51,918 nucleotides of DNA from a bacterium (GCA_029571125.1 JAKPTH010000325.1:1-51918); one strand, 5' to 3'; shown: positions 1 to 10,251, counted from the stretch's first letter. Translations and numbers: made by a program. Notes: generated from the sequence alone by a model not told the origin.

Positions 1-1
1 A

Positions 2-991
2 TTCCGGAACGAAACTATAAAATCTTTAGTTTCTCGGCTCGCCGGCGAAGACGTTCTCATTGTGACGGACCCTTTTAATTATCCGAAAGTGAGCGGCGCC
101 GGGCGATGCGTGGTTGCGCCGGACAACCGCTGCGAACAGATCCCCGTCATAAAATCGGGACCCGACTACTGCCGGGTCATAGCTGTAGGCGGCTGCGCCG
201 CGCTGGACATAGGCAGGGCTTGCGCCGTAGGCAAATCCATAACGGTAATTCCGGCCATCCTTTCCACTTCATGCATAAGCCTCGACAGGAGCGTAATAAA
301 ATACGGCGGAATAAACAGGCTTGAAAAAACATGGCTGCCAGAAAAAGTCATAATCTGCATGCCGGATCTTATGAATATGCCGCCCGCGGAGCTTGCAAAG
401 TGGTGCCAGTCAGGATTCGGCGACTTATTCACCATGGCCGCCGCTTCCATAGACCTTCAGTACAAAAAAGGCGATCTTTCCATAGACGCCGTTATCGGTA
501 ATGTCGGCGAATGCTTCGAAGCGGTAAACTGGGTAATAAACGAATTCGACGGTTATAACGAAACTTCGGTAAAAGCCCTGGCGCGCTTTCTGCACGACTC
601 TTCGCTGGTGGTGGTCATACGCGACGACAGCAATTTAAACGCGGCGGGCGAACATCTTTTATACCACTCGCTGCTGCGTCTCAACCCGCAATATACCAGT
701 TCGAAACCCACTCACGGACAGATAGTGGCGGCGGGAACCATTATAGCCGCGGCGATTTACCGCGAGCAAACCGGAAACGCTCTAATACTTGAAACGATTT
801 CAAAGGCTTTCAAGAAATTGGGCCTGCCGCTGACTTACGATGAATTATCAAAAGCCGGAATCGAAAAGCGTCATCTGGAAGAAGGCCTTTGCGATATAAA
901 ACACCTCGGAAGCCATCTGGGAGATTATTTTAAAACAAACGATTTCGGGATACTCGACAGAATTTTTTCGGCGCAATCCCCCGCGCTTTGA
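2..991 (+). CDS. Fe-ADH / glycerol(-1-phosphate) dehydrogenase / DHQS-like superfamily oxidoreductase, 5' end outside window
   Basis: The frame of ORF 62..991 stays open back to nt 2 (FRNETIKSLVSRLAGEDVLIVTD...). It has a GGG-x-x-D-x-x-K-like stretch VIAVGGCAALDIGRA followed by VIPAILST, and a later H-x4-H (GEHLLYHS) resembling the metal site of this superfamily. Confidence 0.5.
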   Translation, partial: FRNETIKSLVSRLAGEDVLIVTDPFNYPKVSGAGRCVVAPDNRCEQIPVIKSGPDYCRVIAVGGCAALDIGRACAVGKSITVIPAILSTSCISLDRSVIKYGGINRLEKTWLPEKVIICMPDLMNMPPAELAKWCQSGFGDLFTMAAASIDLQYKKGDLSIDAVIGNVGECFEAVNWVINEFDGYNETSVKALARFLHDSSLVVVIRDDSNLNAAGEHLLYHSLLRLNPQYTSSKPTHGQIVAAGTIIAAAIYREQTGNALILETISKAFKKLGLPLTYDELSKAGIEKRHLEEGLCDIKHLGSHLGDYFKTNDFGILDRIFSAQSPAL

Positions 992-999
992 GATTCGCG

Positions 1000-3501
1000 C
1001 TAACCCTTTAAATTCCGGCACATTTCAATGAAACAAGATTTAAGAGGCTCGTATTCGATAGATTCGAGGAGCTCGAGCGCCATGTCGGCCCTGACCGGAT
1101 CTTTCGATCCAGCGTTTTCGAATATGGCCATGGCCCTTTCCATGTCGTTTAAATAAACGCCGAGGACCGAAAAGCACGAACGCGCAAAAGCGTTTCCGCC
1201 CGAGGCCGCGGCGCCGCGAACCGCGGCCGAGAATTCTTCTTCGAAACTGCTTCTGTGAAATAAAGAAACGGCTTTCAAAAGTTCGTCCCCGCATTCGTAA
1301 TTTTTTTCTTCAAAAATAACGGCATTTAAAAAGCTGCGGACCGGAAATTTTTTGTCGCGGATATAATCTTCAGCCAGCTTTAAAAGTTCGTTTCCGCGCG
1401 AACTTCCGGAAAAAATTTCGGCGAATTTAAGCGAAAAGCCGTCGGGCGAGGCGTTTAAAATTTTTATCAGAATATCTACGGACCGGTTGTCGCCGGCATT
1501 TTTAAGAAGAGCCGATATTTTGCGTTTTTCATCGTTCGGATACGCGTTTAAGACCATCGAAATTTTTGCAAAAACGCCGTTTTCAATCCTGGATATGGCG
1601 CGCGAGGCCAGAAACGATATTTTTTCATTTTCGGCGAGCGCTTTCATCCTTTCGAGCGCGGAAATCAATTTTTGCGATCCGTTTTTTTCGCAGGCCGAAA
1701 CGGCCGACTTTCTGACCTTGAAATCGCCGTCAAAAAGAAGCTTTTCGAGCGCGCCGGCGAAGCATTCGAGCCCCAGTTCCCCCATTACCGCGGCGGCGCT
1801 GACACGGCATCCGGAATCGGCGGACGAGCTCATCTTATAAAGAGATTCCACGGCAAGGCGAAGGGATGATTCTTCGCCGCAAAGCTTTACGGCCGCGAGT
1901 ATGGCGTTAGCCCTGACGCGGTTATCCGGATGCTGCAGGTAAGGGGCTATATACGGTATGAGCCGTGAATCGCCCTGCATAGCGGAAGCTTCTATGAAGT
2001 TGGCGGTGACGCGGTTGTCATTCATGTCAGAAACCGTCCGCCACAGTTCGGTTCTGACTTCATCGCTTTTCTGGCGGCAGGCCGTTTTAACTATCGAAGC
2101 CATTATGAATTTATCTTTTTCGCCGCGAAGGAGTTTGAGTATTATGCCCGAAGATATTACAGGCGAAAGCTTTTCAAGCTCGAAAACCATATCCAGACGG
2201 CCCGCTCTTTCGCTAGCCAGGTAATATTCTATGTCAAAACTTCCGTCCATCGGCATTTTTCTAACGGCTTTTTCGGCCCCGCCGGCAGCGCCGTTTCTCA
2301 GCCCGTCGGCTATGGTGTCCATATAAGCCTCGTTAAGCTTCAAAGTAGAGATATAATAGCAAATTCCGGTTATAAATAGAAAAAGGAAAAAGTAGCGCGG
2401 CTCTATGGAATTTTTAAAGCAGGCTATAAAAATACCCACGAATATGCTCGTAAGCGGAAACACCATGCCTTCCACCATAAATTTCATCTGGTTTTTTATA
2501 TCGCGCGCGAACACGTTAAAAAGAGTATTGGCGACGTTTTGCTCTATAAGTTTTACGAAAAGCTGGAAATAAAACTGAAAAGCTATCATCACCCAGAAGG
2601 ACTTCATAAAAAAAAGTATAAGCGAAAGCCCTATAATTCCCGACTGATAAAAAAGCAAATTGGCGCTGAGCGAAAAATTTTTTAGAAGCTTTTTAGCGGC
2701 GAGTATTTGAGAAATAAAAATAGATATTTTAACCGCCGAGTCGAACAGCCCGATAAATCCCGCCAGGCTTTTCTCGTCGGTGAATCTGGCCGCCACGGCC
2801 GTTCCGTACTGAAAGCCCACTATATATCTTACGAACGAAGAAAAGACGAAAATCAGCATGATTATCTTCAAAAGCCTCGAGCCGGAGATCTGACGCATGG
2901 CCATGTCGGCGAACCCGGCGCGGAAAAAAGATTCTCTTTCCTGAGGCGATTCTACATGCAATAAAGTTACCAGCGGCAATAAAAGATGAGCGGCGCCGCA
3001 CATTATAAAGGCGGATTTCATGGAAATATAGCCCAGAAGCAGCTTTGTAAATAAGCCCGCGAGTATGCCGCCGAAAAAGCTGACGCCGGAAATCAGGCCG
3101 ACATAGCTTTTCATTTCCTTGATGGTGAGGCACTGGTTGATATGCGTCCAGAAAAGTATGTTCGCGTATATGTCATAAATAGAAGTGAGCGTATATAAAA
3201 CTATCACGCCGGCGGACGCCGCGGAGTCCATCACGGAAGAAAACCATATAAGATAAACGCCTATAACCGAGCTCAAATAGACGGGAAACCTGAAGTCGCG
3301 TATGTTTTTCACGGCCAGGGTGGTGCCTGCGCTTATGGAAAGGATGTTAAGTATTATATAGTACAGCGGAAGCTTTTCGGCGCCTGCGGTTTTTAAAAAA
3401 GACGTGCAGGAGAGTATAAGCGAAACGGTAGTGGCGAATTTTAAAAAAAATCCGGTAACGTTGAGATATATGATTTTCTTAGGGATGCGCTTTTCAGTCA
3501 T
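1000..3501 (-). CDS. Polytopic membrane protein (transporter-like N-terminal half) fused to a HEAT-repeat C-terminal half
   Basis: 833-aa ORF. The first ~400 aa form ~10-12 hydrophobic helices. The C-terminal half has repeated HEAT-like motifs (DNRVRANAILAAVKL, CRVSAAAVMGELG, DFKVRKSAVSACEK). It overlaps the upstream gene by 8 nt (3494..3501), implying an operon. Confidence 0.6.
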   Translation of the reverse strand: MTEKRIPKKIIYLNVTGFFLKFATTVSLILSCTSFLKTAGAEKLPLYYIILNILSISAGTTLAVKNIRDFRFPVYLSSVIGVYLIWFSSVMDSAASAGVIVLYTLTSIYDIYANILFWTHINQCLTIKEMKSYVGLISGVSFFGGILAGLFTKLLLGYISMKSAFIMCGAAHLLLPLVTLLHVESPQERESFFRAGFADMAMRQISGSRLLKIIMLIFVFSSFVRYIVGFQYGTAVAARFTDEKSLAGFIGLFDSAVKISIFISQILAAKKLLKNFSLSANLLFYQSGIIGLSLILFFMKSFWVMIAFQFYFQLFVKLIEQNVANTLFNVFARDIKNQMKFMVEGMVFPLTSIFVGIFIACFKNSIEPRYFFLFLFITGICYYISTLKLNEAYMDTIADGLRNGAAGGAEKAVRKMPMDGSFDIEYYLASERAGRLDMVFELEKLSPVISSGIILKLLRGEKDKFIMASIVKTACRQKSDEVRTELWRTVSDMNDNRVTANFIEASAMQGDSRLIPYIAPYLQHPDNRVRANAILAAVKLCGEESSLRLAVESLYKMSSSADSGCRVSAAAVMGELGLECFAGALEKLLFDGDFKVRKSAVSACEKNGSQKLISALERMKALAENEKISFLASRAISRIENGVFAKISMVLNAYPNDEKRKISALLKNAGDNRSVDILIKILNASPDGFSLKFAEIFSGSSRGNELLKLAEDYIRDKKFPVRSFLNAVIFEEKNYECGDELLKAVSLFHRSSFEEEFSAAVRGAAASGGNAFARSCFSVLGVYLNDMERAMAIFENAGSKDPVRADMALELLESIEYEPLKSCFIEMCRNLKG

Positions 3502-4606
3502 TCCAGCGCTCGTTCCATAAAGTTTCTATCACTCTGGTCTTATGTAATTTTTCGTTCATTTTATTGAAGGCGGCTATGGCTTCGTCTATTTCGCCGGCGC
3601 CTTCCGAATCGATCCGGTGGGTATAGACGCCTTCGTCCACTCTTTTAAGTCCGTCCACAAGGGCTTTTACCGGTCTTATCAAAGCGCGCGCGAATAAGAT
3701 GCTTATAAAAATGACCGCGGCTATAGCCAGAAGAGTATATGAAATAATTTTCGACCTGAGATTAGCCATGGTATTTTTCACGGCGCGCGCGCCGACGCCG
3801 GTAAGCGTGGATATGCAGGCGCCGGGCTCCTTGACCTTTACCAGAAGGCAGGCTTCGGTGCCTTCCGCGGCCGGGTTCCATAAAATCTTTCCCGTTTCGA
3901 GCGATGCGTAGCGCGAGCAATGCGACGCCATGTCCCCGCCGGTAGAGGCTATCAGGCGGTCCTCCGAATCGAACAGGCATATAAACTGGTCCGGATGGGA
4001 TTTAAGCGCCGTTATAAAATTCTGGAAATTTTTGTCGTTTGCGTAAATAGCCGCGCTCAATAAGCCGCCGGCTTTGCCCCCGCTTATTACCGGCGCTATA
4101 TAGGTAAAAAGAAGCTTTTTCGCCGGCGAATAAAAGGTGCCTGAAAATAAAGGCGATTTAAGCTCTATAGATTTAAGCGCGGAAGCGCGGAAACCCTTCA
4201 TATTGGCGTCTCCGGCGAACCCGTTATAATCGAGCCCGATATAAGGCTTAACGTCGCGGTTATCGGAATAAGCCGCTGCGGATAGTTTTGCGTCGGAAGA
4301 AAAATAATATATGTTATAAAAGAAATCCGATAGCTCTACGGCGTTTTTAAGGTAGCGCTCGATTTCGGCGGTGTCGCCGGCGGCCATGAACTCTTTTTTC
4401 GAGGCGGCGCGAATCACTCCGGCGGCCGAACCGACGCGGCCCGCTATAACTTCGTTTATCGACCTTGCGCTTTCTCCGATAAAGTTTGAAAGCTGCGCAT
4501 TCAATAAGGCTTCGCATTCGTAATAGCACACGAAGCCTATCAGCGAACCGCTGAGAACCGTTATAGCCGTAAAAACAGATAAAAACCTGAAATATAAACT
4601 TTTCAT
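3494..4606 (-). CDS. Membrane sensor with periplasmic Cache-like region and C-terminal HAMP domain, no output domain
   Basis: N-terminal TM helix (FLSVFTAITVLSGSLIGFVCYY), a ~250-aa extracytoplasmic segment, a second TM helix (LLAIAAVIFISILFA), then a HAMP-like stretch RALIRPVKALVDGLKRVDEGVYTHRIDSEGAGEIDEAIAAFNKMNEKL. The protein ends right after it. Confidence 0.6.
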   Translation of the reverse strand: MKSLYFRFLSVFTAITVLSGSLIGFVCYYECEALLNAQLSNFIGESARSINEVIAGRVGSAAGVIRAASKKEFMAAGDTAEIERYLKNAVELSDFFYNIYYFSSDAKLSAAAYSDNRDVKPYIGLDYNGFAGDANMKGFRASALKSIELKSPLFSGTFYSPAKKLLFTYIAPVISGGKAGGLLSAAIYANDKNFQNFITALKSHPDQFICLFDSEDRLIASTGGDMASHCSRYASLETGKILWNPAAEGTEACLLVKVKEPGACISTLTGVGARAVKNTMANLRSKIISYTLLAIAAVIFISILFARALIRPVKALVDGLKRVDEGVYTHRIDSEGAGEIDEAIAAFNKMNEKLHKTRVIETLWNERWND

Positions 4607-4628
4607 AATATTATAGCCGCCGTTTTTT

Positions 4629-5510
4629 TTATTTGTTTATAAGCGCGGCGATCTTTTTTAAATCGACCGATTTAATCAGCAGGTCGGTAATATCAGGCGA
4701 AGCGTCGATATGCACCGCCGCGCACATTATTTTATCGTAAGCCGCGCCTTCGGCGTACGGCGATTTAATATCGAGCCCGCCGTCGGCTTTTTTAGATACC
4801 TTCCAGGGCCCCACGAGAATGAGGGTTTTAACTTTATCGTCGTAATCGGCGTTTTCGGGTTTTTCGCGGAGCGCGATGCAGCCGCCGATTTCAGGAAGCA
4901 GGGAAGGTTCGGTTATATAAACCTCCGAAGGATTGATCTGGACGCTCGCGTTAGCGCTCGTACTTTTCAAAAGATTTCCGCTCTTCGAAGAGCGCATATC
5001 ATCGGTCATCGAAGCGTTTATTTTTTCGGCCTCGGCCGCTATGATTTCGGATTCTTTCTGCAGCTTTTCGACTTCCTTCATGTCCATTTTTTCGGCCGCT
5101 TTAGCCAGCTTAACCGACAATTCGTCCTGCTTTTTCATAAGCATATCTATGGCGGACTTGTTTTTTTCTCCTATTTCAGCTATGGCTTTGCTTTTCGCTT
5201 CGTTTTCCGCCTCCGTTTCGTTTTTAGAATATGACGCGCCGACGTTCATCGTCAAAGGAAATTTTTCAAACCCGACGGCCACTTCTTCGAATACGCGCGC
5301 CTCTTCGGCTTCGCCGCTCCAGCCGGCGGGCGCTTTTGGAAGCGAGGCGCGCAGCTCGGCGTGAACGGTTTCCATAAATTTTTTCTCGGCCGGCGAAATT
5401 TTTCGGGATTCGCCGCCGTCGGCCATAGCCGCGGAGCATGCCAGGCAAATTCCCGCGAAAGAAATTATAAACGCTTTAGCGAACGAGCTATGATTAAAGA
5501 TATTTTTCAT
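4629..5510 (-). CDS. Secreted or lipoprotein-like hypothetical protein with a Lys/Glu-rich coiled-coil middle
   Basis: Signal-peptide-like N-terminus (FAKAFIISFAGICLACSAAMA). The centre is charged and coiled-coil-like (EAENEAKSKAIAEIGEKNKSAIDMLMKKQDELSVKLAKAAEKMDMKEVEKLQKESE). No recognisable catalytic motif. Confidence 0.5.
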   Translation of the reverse strand: MKNIFNHSSFAKAFIISFAGICLACSAAMADGGESRKISPAEKKFMETVHAELRASLPKAPAGWSGEAEEARVFEEVAVGFEKFPLTMNVGASYSKNETEAENEAKSKAIAEIGEKNKSAIDMLMKKQDELSVKLAKAAEKMDMKEVEKLQKESEIIAAEAEKINASMTDDMRSSKSGNLLKSTSANASVQINPSEVYITEPSLLPEIGGCIALREKPENADYDDKVKTLILVGPWKVSKKADGGLDIKSPYAEGAAYDKIMCAAVHIDASPDITDLLIKSVDLKKIAALINK

Positions 5511-5600
5511 AAGATTCTCCCGTAAATTTATTTTTTATGCAGCTATTTTACCACAAGACGTTAAACTAATGCAAAGAAGATTTCCAAAGGATTTTTTAAA

Positions 5601-5630
5601 TTGACAAGAAGGGGCATAATTTGATAAGAT
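5601..5630 (+). promoter_or_regulatory. Putative sigma-70 promoter for thrS
   Basis: TTGACA at 5601-5606, then 18 nt, then TAAGAT at 5625-5630, preceded by TG (extended -10). Confidence 0.4.
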
Positions 5631-5690
5631 ATATCGATTTAATTAATATTTGCACACAGCAATTAAAAAGAGATTGGAAGGGATTTTACC

Positions 5691-7505
5691 ATGGAACATA
5701 AAATGGAAAAGCAGCATAACGCGGAGCTCGAAACCGCCCGCCACTCGGCCGCTCACATTCTCGCGCAGGCCGTATTGAAAGTCAGGCCGGGCGCCAAGCT
5801 CGGATTCGGTCCGGCCATAGAAGACGGCTTTTACTACGACTTTATACTGCCCGAACCCATAGGCGAAGAAGATTTAAAATCTATCGAAAAAGAAATGAAA
5901 AAAATCGTATCGTCTAACCAGAAATTCGAGCGCGAGGAGCTGCCGCTTGAAAAAGCCGTAGAGCGTCTTCGCGAAATGGGCCAGGAATTCAAGATCGAAT
6001 ATCTCAACGATCTGGCCAAAGAACGCAATATAAGCACTTTTTCTTTTTATAAAAACGGGCCGTTCATAGACATGTGTGAAGGCCCGCACGTCGAAGCCAC
6101 GAATAAAATCAAAGCCGACAGCTTTAAGCTCGACAGAATCGCAGGCGCTTACTGGCGCGGCTCCGAAAAAAACCCTATGATGACGCGCATTTATGCGCTC
6201 ATGTTCGAAACCAGGGAAGCGCTCGACGATTTTTTAAAACGCCGCGAGCTCGCGCTTCAGCGCGACCATAAAAAACTCGGCCACGAGCTTGAAATTTTCG
6301 CCATAGCCGAAGAAATAGGCGTTGGGCTCCCTCTGTGGCTGCCGAACGGCACCGTAATCCGCGAGGAACTCGAAAAACTCGCTAAAGAGATGGAATTCAA
6401 ACACGGCTATAAGCGCGTGGTAACGCCTCAGATAACCAAGGAAGGCCTCTATCACACTTCCGGCCATCTTCCTTATTACAAGGACGCGATGTTCCCTCCG
6501 ATGGTCGGCGACGAAAACGAAAAGTATTATTTAAAGCCGATGAACTGCCCGCATCATCACATGATATTCAAATCGATCCCGAAAAGCTACCGCGACCTGC
6601 CTTACAGGCTCGCCGAATACGGCAACAACTACCGCTACGAAAAATCGGGACAGGTATCGGGCCTGCTTCGCGTGCGCGGAATGTGCATGAACGACGCGCA
6701 CATATACTGCACGAACGAACAGGTAAAACAGGAATTCAAAAGCGTTCTCGAACTGCATAAATTTTATTACGAACTTTTCAGGATGGGCGAATTCTGGATA
6801 AGGCTTTCCATGCACTCTAAAGACAAGCCCGAAAAATTCGTCAATAACGAAGAACTCTGGGAACATTCGGAAAAAGCCGTCCGCGACATAGTCAACGAGC
6901 TCGGAATCGCATACGAAGAGCGCGAAGGCGAAGCCGCGTTCTACGGCCCAAAGATAGATTTCCAGGTAAAAAACGTAATAGGCCGCGAGGAAACCGCCTC
7001 CACGACGCAGCTGGATTTCGCGGTAGCGGAGCGCTTCGGCCTTGAATTCACCGACAACAACGGCGTAAAGCAGAGGCCTTATATCATACACCGCGCGCCG
7101 CTCGGAACACACGAAAGATTTATAGCGTTTTTAATAGAGCTGTTCGGCGGAGCTTTTCCGACCTGGCTTTCGCCGGTCCAGGCCACCATCATACCGGTGT
7201 CCGATAAATTTCTCGATTACTGCCATAAAATAAGCGACGTTCTTAAAAACGATTTCGTAAGAGTCGAAATCGACGATTCTACTGATTCGTTCAATAAAAA
7301 GATAAGGATACACGCCAAGAAAAAATGCCCGAACCTGCTTATAGTAGGCGGAAAAGAAGCCGAAGAATCGCTGGTCACATGGAGAAGGTACTGCACGCCG
7401 GAACAAAAAACCATGAGTTTCGACCAGTTCCATGGAATCATAAAAACCATGATATCCAGGCGCATCATGGATAATTTCACCGACACGATAATCCCGGGCG
7501 CGTAA
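5691..7505 (+). CDS. thrS: Threonine--tRNA ligase (short form starting in the editing/SAD domain, no TGS domain)
   Basis: HSAAHILAQAV editing-domain motif, class II core motifs (YLKPMNCPHHHMIF, FRVRGMCMNDAHIY, GPKIDF, QRPYIIHRAPLGTHERFIAFLIE) and a C-terminal anticodon-binding domain. An alternative start lies at ATG 5703. Confidence 0.95.
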   Translation: MEHKMEKQHNAELETARHSAAHILAQAVLKVRPGAKLGFGPAIEDGFYYDFILPEPIGEEDLKSIEKEMKKIVSSNQKFEREELPLEKAVERLREMGQEFKIEYLNDLAKERNISTFSFYKNGPFIDMCEGPHVEATNKIKADSFKLDRIAGAYWRGSEKNPMMTRIYALMFETREALDDFLKRRELALQRDHKKLGHELEIFAIAEEIGVGLPLWLPNGTVIREELEKLAKEMEFKHGYKRVVTPQITKEGLYHTSGHLPYYKDAMFPPMVGDENEKYYLKPMNCPHHHMIFKSIPKSYRDLPYRLAEYGNNYRYEKSGQVSGLLRVRGMCMNDAHIYCTNEQVKQEFKSVLELHKFYYELFRMGEFWIRLSMHSKDKPEKFVNNEELWEHSEKAVRDIVNELGIAYEEREGEAAFYGPKIDFQVKNVIGREETASTTQLDFAVAERFGLEFTDNNGVKQRPYIIHRAPLGTHERFIAFLIELFGGAFPTWLSPVQATIIPVSDKFLDYCHKISDVLKNDFVRVEIDDSTDSFNKKIRIHAKKKCPNLLIVGGKEAEESLVTWRRYCTPEQKTMSFDQFHGIIKTMISRRIMDNFTDTIIPGA

Positions 7506-7535
7506 TTAATCAGATAATAGAGAACAGATAACAGG

Positions 7536-7600
7536 AAATAGAGAATAGTTATGGAATTTTTTATTTTAAAACATTCTTCCACGGCTATTCTCTATTTTTA
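7536..7600 (+). terminator. Long hairpin downstream of thrS, probable intrinsic terminator
   Basis: Perfect 13-nt arms AAATAGAGAATAG (7536-7548) and CTATTCTCTATTT (7585-7597), an inner TGGAA/TTCCA pairing (7552-7556 / 7577-7581), then a T-rich tail. Confidence 0.5.
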
Positions 7601-7637
7601 TTGAGCGTAATAGAAATCGGAAAGGGGAGCATGAAAA

Positions 7638-7946
7638 ATGGTCATCGACGATAAGATTAAATTCAAAAGGCACATCATAATCTGCACCAACGTTAAAGAA
7701 GATCCGGCGGCGCCCTGCTGCGGGCGTAGCGGCGAAAGTCAGGCCCTGTATAAAAAATTGAAGGAATACATCAAATCGAATAACATAAAAGACACCGTAA
7801 AAGTTACACAGGCCAGATGCTTTTCGATGTGCGCCGAAGGGCCGAATATGGTGGTCTATCCGGAACAGATATGGCACCATCATGTAGAACCTGGCGATTT
7901 CGACGAAATAATCGAAAAATACATCAGGCCGTTCGAAGTTAAATGA
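7638..7946 (+). CDS. Thioredoxin-like [2Fe-2S] ferredoxin
   Basis: 102 aa with the Cys pattern ICTN...PCCG...CFSMCAEGPNMVVYP typical of (2Fe-2S) ferredoxin-domain proteins. RBS GGAAAGGGGAG lies upstream. Confidence 0.7.
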   Translation: MVIDDKIKFKRHIIICTNVKEDPAAPCCGRSGESQALYKKLKEYIKSNNIKDTVKVTQARCFSMCAEGPNMVVYPEQIWHHHVEPGDFDEIIEKYIRPFEVK

Positions 7947-8470
7947 GCGGGGCCATAAATACGATATACGACTATATAGATTCTCTCAGCGTAATGGTAT
8001 TGTCGACGGCCGGTTTCAACGAGGCCGAATGCGAAGCGGCTAAAGACACGCCCGCCGGCGGCGGTCTTTCGTTTCCAGCCGGCGCGCGGCCGCCCGCTTT
8101 AAGATCTACGCCGGTTTTTTTCGCCCGCAAAAACAATAGCTTTTACTTCATTTCAGTGGCTAAAACGGTTCACGCGCGAAACATATCACAAAATCCTTAT
8201 ATATCGGCCGCGCTCACCAAAAACTACCGCAACTACCGCGACATAAAGGGCGTTCAGCTGTTCGGCCATTGCAGTGAGATAGAAGGCTTAACCGGCATAG
8301 CGAGGGCGGCCATGGTATATTTTTCTAAATTTTCCGACCTGAAAAGTTTTATGCAGATGGATCTCTTGAAATCCGCCGTGGACGTCAAATGGTACGAACT
8401 CGCCGCAGAAAAGCTTATATATACCGATAACACCATAAGATTCGGCTACAAGGAAGAAGTGGAATTATAG
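7943..8470 (+). CDS. Pyridoxamine 5'-phosphate oxidase-like FMN-binding family protein
   Basis: ATGA overlap with the preceding gene. The pattern MVLSTAG...PVFFARKNNSFYFISVAKTVHARNISQNPYISAAL matches the split-barrel PNPOx-like layout. Confidence 0.55.
   Translation: MSGAINTIYDYIDSLSVMVLSTAGFNEAECEAAKDTPAGGGLSFPAGARPPALRSTPVFFARKNNSFYFISVAKTVHARNISQNPYISAALTKNYRNYRDIKGVQLFGHCSEIEGLTGIARAAMVYFSKFSDLKSFMQMDLLKSAVDVKWYELAAEKLIYTDNTIRFGYKEEVEL
8203..8460. repeat. Left copy of a ~245-bp direct repeat (3' end of the PNPOx-like gene); partner at 35028..35271
   Basis: By-eye alignment of GCGCTCAC..CTACCGCGACATAAAGGGCGTTCAGCT..GCAGTGAGATAGAAGGCTTAACCGGCATAG..AAGGAAGAAGT with 35028-35271. There are a handful of substitutions plus 9-nt and 11-nt deletions in the right copy. 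Confidence 0.9.
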
Positions 8471-8547
8471 TTCCTTTTCATTTTGTATAGGTAATATTAT
8501 TGGGTTCCTAATTTTTTTCGGGGATGCGTACGAAAATCGCGCCGGTA

Positions 8548-10083
8548 TTATCGATCGAATGAATCTATCGCCGAAAGCGCCTGCCAGTCAGTCGAAGACG
8601 CCTCGGATAAAGTTTTCAATGACGCCGCGACCTTCGCGACGTAATCCGGCGTTCTCATGCCGACCAGCACCGCGCTCACGCCGCCGCTGGCCGCCAGAGC
8701 CCTTACCGCTATATCGGACAGATCGGCCGCGGCCGAATAAATTGGCGAGATAGCAGCCAGTTTTTCTTTAATTTTTAAAACCGTCTTTAAATGCTCCGAC
8801 CTGAAATGCTTTCCTATAAGCTCAAAAACGGCATAAGCCTCGTTTATATAAACCGATATTTCAGCTTCGGCTTTTTTATCTTTCAAAACGCCTTTTTTCA
8901 AATTATCGAGAAAATATTGCGCGCGCGGCGAAAAATAGCCGCTCATGAAAGATTCGAAATTCGAAATATTAGCGAATTCTTTCCACTTCGAATTAAGCTG
9001 CCCGTGGACGAACACATTTTCGAAAATTATCTCAGCCTTCCCGCGGGCGCTTTCAGACAGCCTTTCGATCGAATCCAGAAGGTTCTCTTCGAGTATGCCG
9101 ATGTCGCGTACCGCGGAATTTATGGCGTTTTCGGCATTTTTGAAATCGTATCCGGCGTGACCCGCGACGCGCGGATCGGCGAGCCGTATGTGCGAGCCTT
9201 TAAAGAAAGCGTTCAGCGGCCTGTTTATAAGAACGCCGATATTTTTCGACCGGGCGAGTTCTAAAAGCGTCAGGCCGTTATCCTGATTTTTTTCAGAAGC
9301 CGCGCCGCGCTCGAATAAATTCATCGGAAATTCGATAACGCCGAAATGATTATCTGGCGATATATTTTCAGCGATCGAAATAACGCGGCCGAGCGGTGTA
9401 AAATTATAAGCGGCGCTAGCAGCAGGAAATGTGTTCGAGCTAATGCCGTAATATTTTATGCGCCCTTTTTTAACTTCGGTTTCGAGGTACAGGAAAGCTT
9501 TTTCGATCCGCGAATAATATTCGCGACGCGCCGTTTCCATATTCATTCCGTCTTTTTCAGCACGCATAAGGTAATATTCGGGATTATGCAGAAGGTAAAT
9601 ATCTATGGCTTCCAGATCAAGTCTGGCAAGGCTTCCTGCGATCTGGTCCTCTAAAAAATCCGGATGGATGCAGTGCTCGAGGCCGTCCGCGTATTCGACA
9701 AGATCCGGCCATGGCGCGCCTTCTTTTTTTCTGGCGGCGCTGGCGTCATAATTTTTACCCTGAATGTAGCCGCCCTTGGTTACAACGACGATATCGCCGC
9801 GCTTCATTTCGCCGCTTCCGATCAATTCGCGCATGACGCTTCCGGCCAGAAGCTCCGAACCGCCGTCCATGTAGTTGGCGCTCGTGTCAATTAAGTTGAT
9901 CCCGGCGCGCAAAGCTTTGATCATAGCGTCTCTGTGGGTTTGAGACGCCGCATCGACTCTGTAGCAGCCAAATCCGGCGGCCGACACCGAATAACCGGTT
10001 TTACCCAGGGCGCGGGAGTTTATTAAGTTGCGGGCCGATAAATCGAGGGCTGGTTTAGTATCTATGTTATTAATAATTTTCAC
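8548..10083 (-). CDS. Aldo/keto reductase family oxidoreductase with a ~180-aa C-terminal extension
   Basis: LGKTGYSVSAAGFGCYRV...ALRAGINLIDTSANYMDGGSE...IDIYLLHNP...YYGISSN are classic AKR motifs. The C-terminal third has no motif I recognise. Confidence 0.8.
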   Translation of the reverse strand: MKIINNIDTKPALDLSARNLINSRALGKTGYSVSAAGFGCYRVDAASQTHRDAMIKALRAGINLIDTSANYMDGGSELLAGSVMRELIGSGEMKRGDIVVVTKGGYIQGKNYDASAARKKEGAPWPDLVEYADGLEHCIHPDFLEDQIAGSLARLDLEAIDIYLLHNPEYYLMRAEKDGMNMETARREYYSRIEKAFLYLETEVKKGRIKYYGISSNTFPAASAAYNFTPLGRVISIAENISPDNHFGVIEFPMNLFERGAASEKNQDNGLTLLELARSKNIGVLINRPLNAFFKGSHIRLADPRVAGHAGYDFKNAENAINSAVRDIGILEENLLDSIERLSESARGKAEIIFENVFVHGQLNSKWKEFANISNFESFMSGYFSPRAQYFLDNLKKGVLKDKKAEAEISVYINEAYAVFELIGKHFRSEHLKTVLKIKEKLAAISPIYSAAADLSDIAVRALAASGGVSAVLVGMRTPDYVAKVAASLKTLSEASSTDWQALSAIDSFDR

Positions 10084-10251
10084 GGGGAGATTATAACATA
10101 TTAACGGGACGGCGTAAAGGAATGAAAAATACTTGGAAACGATTTATTCGAAAATATTTTCGATAATTTTATAAAATTTATTGACATCAAACTCTAAAAA
10201 TGCCATTATATATTGTGGTATTAAAAAAACCACACAAAGGAGTGAATTGCC

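Noticed and set aside
5511-5690. T-box or other leader riboswitch upstream of thrS
   Set aside because: I could not find a specifier-loop/T-box consensus (AGGGUGGNACCGCG-like) or a terminator/antiterminator pair. Only a sigma-70-like promoter is visible.
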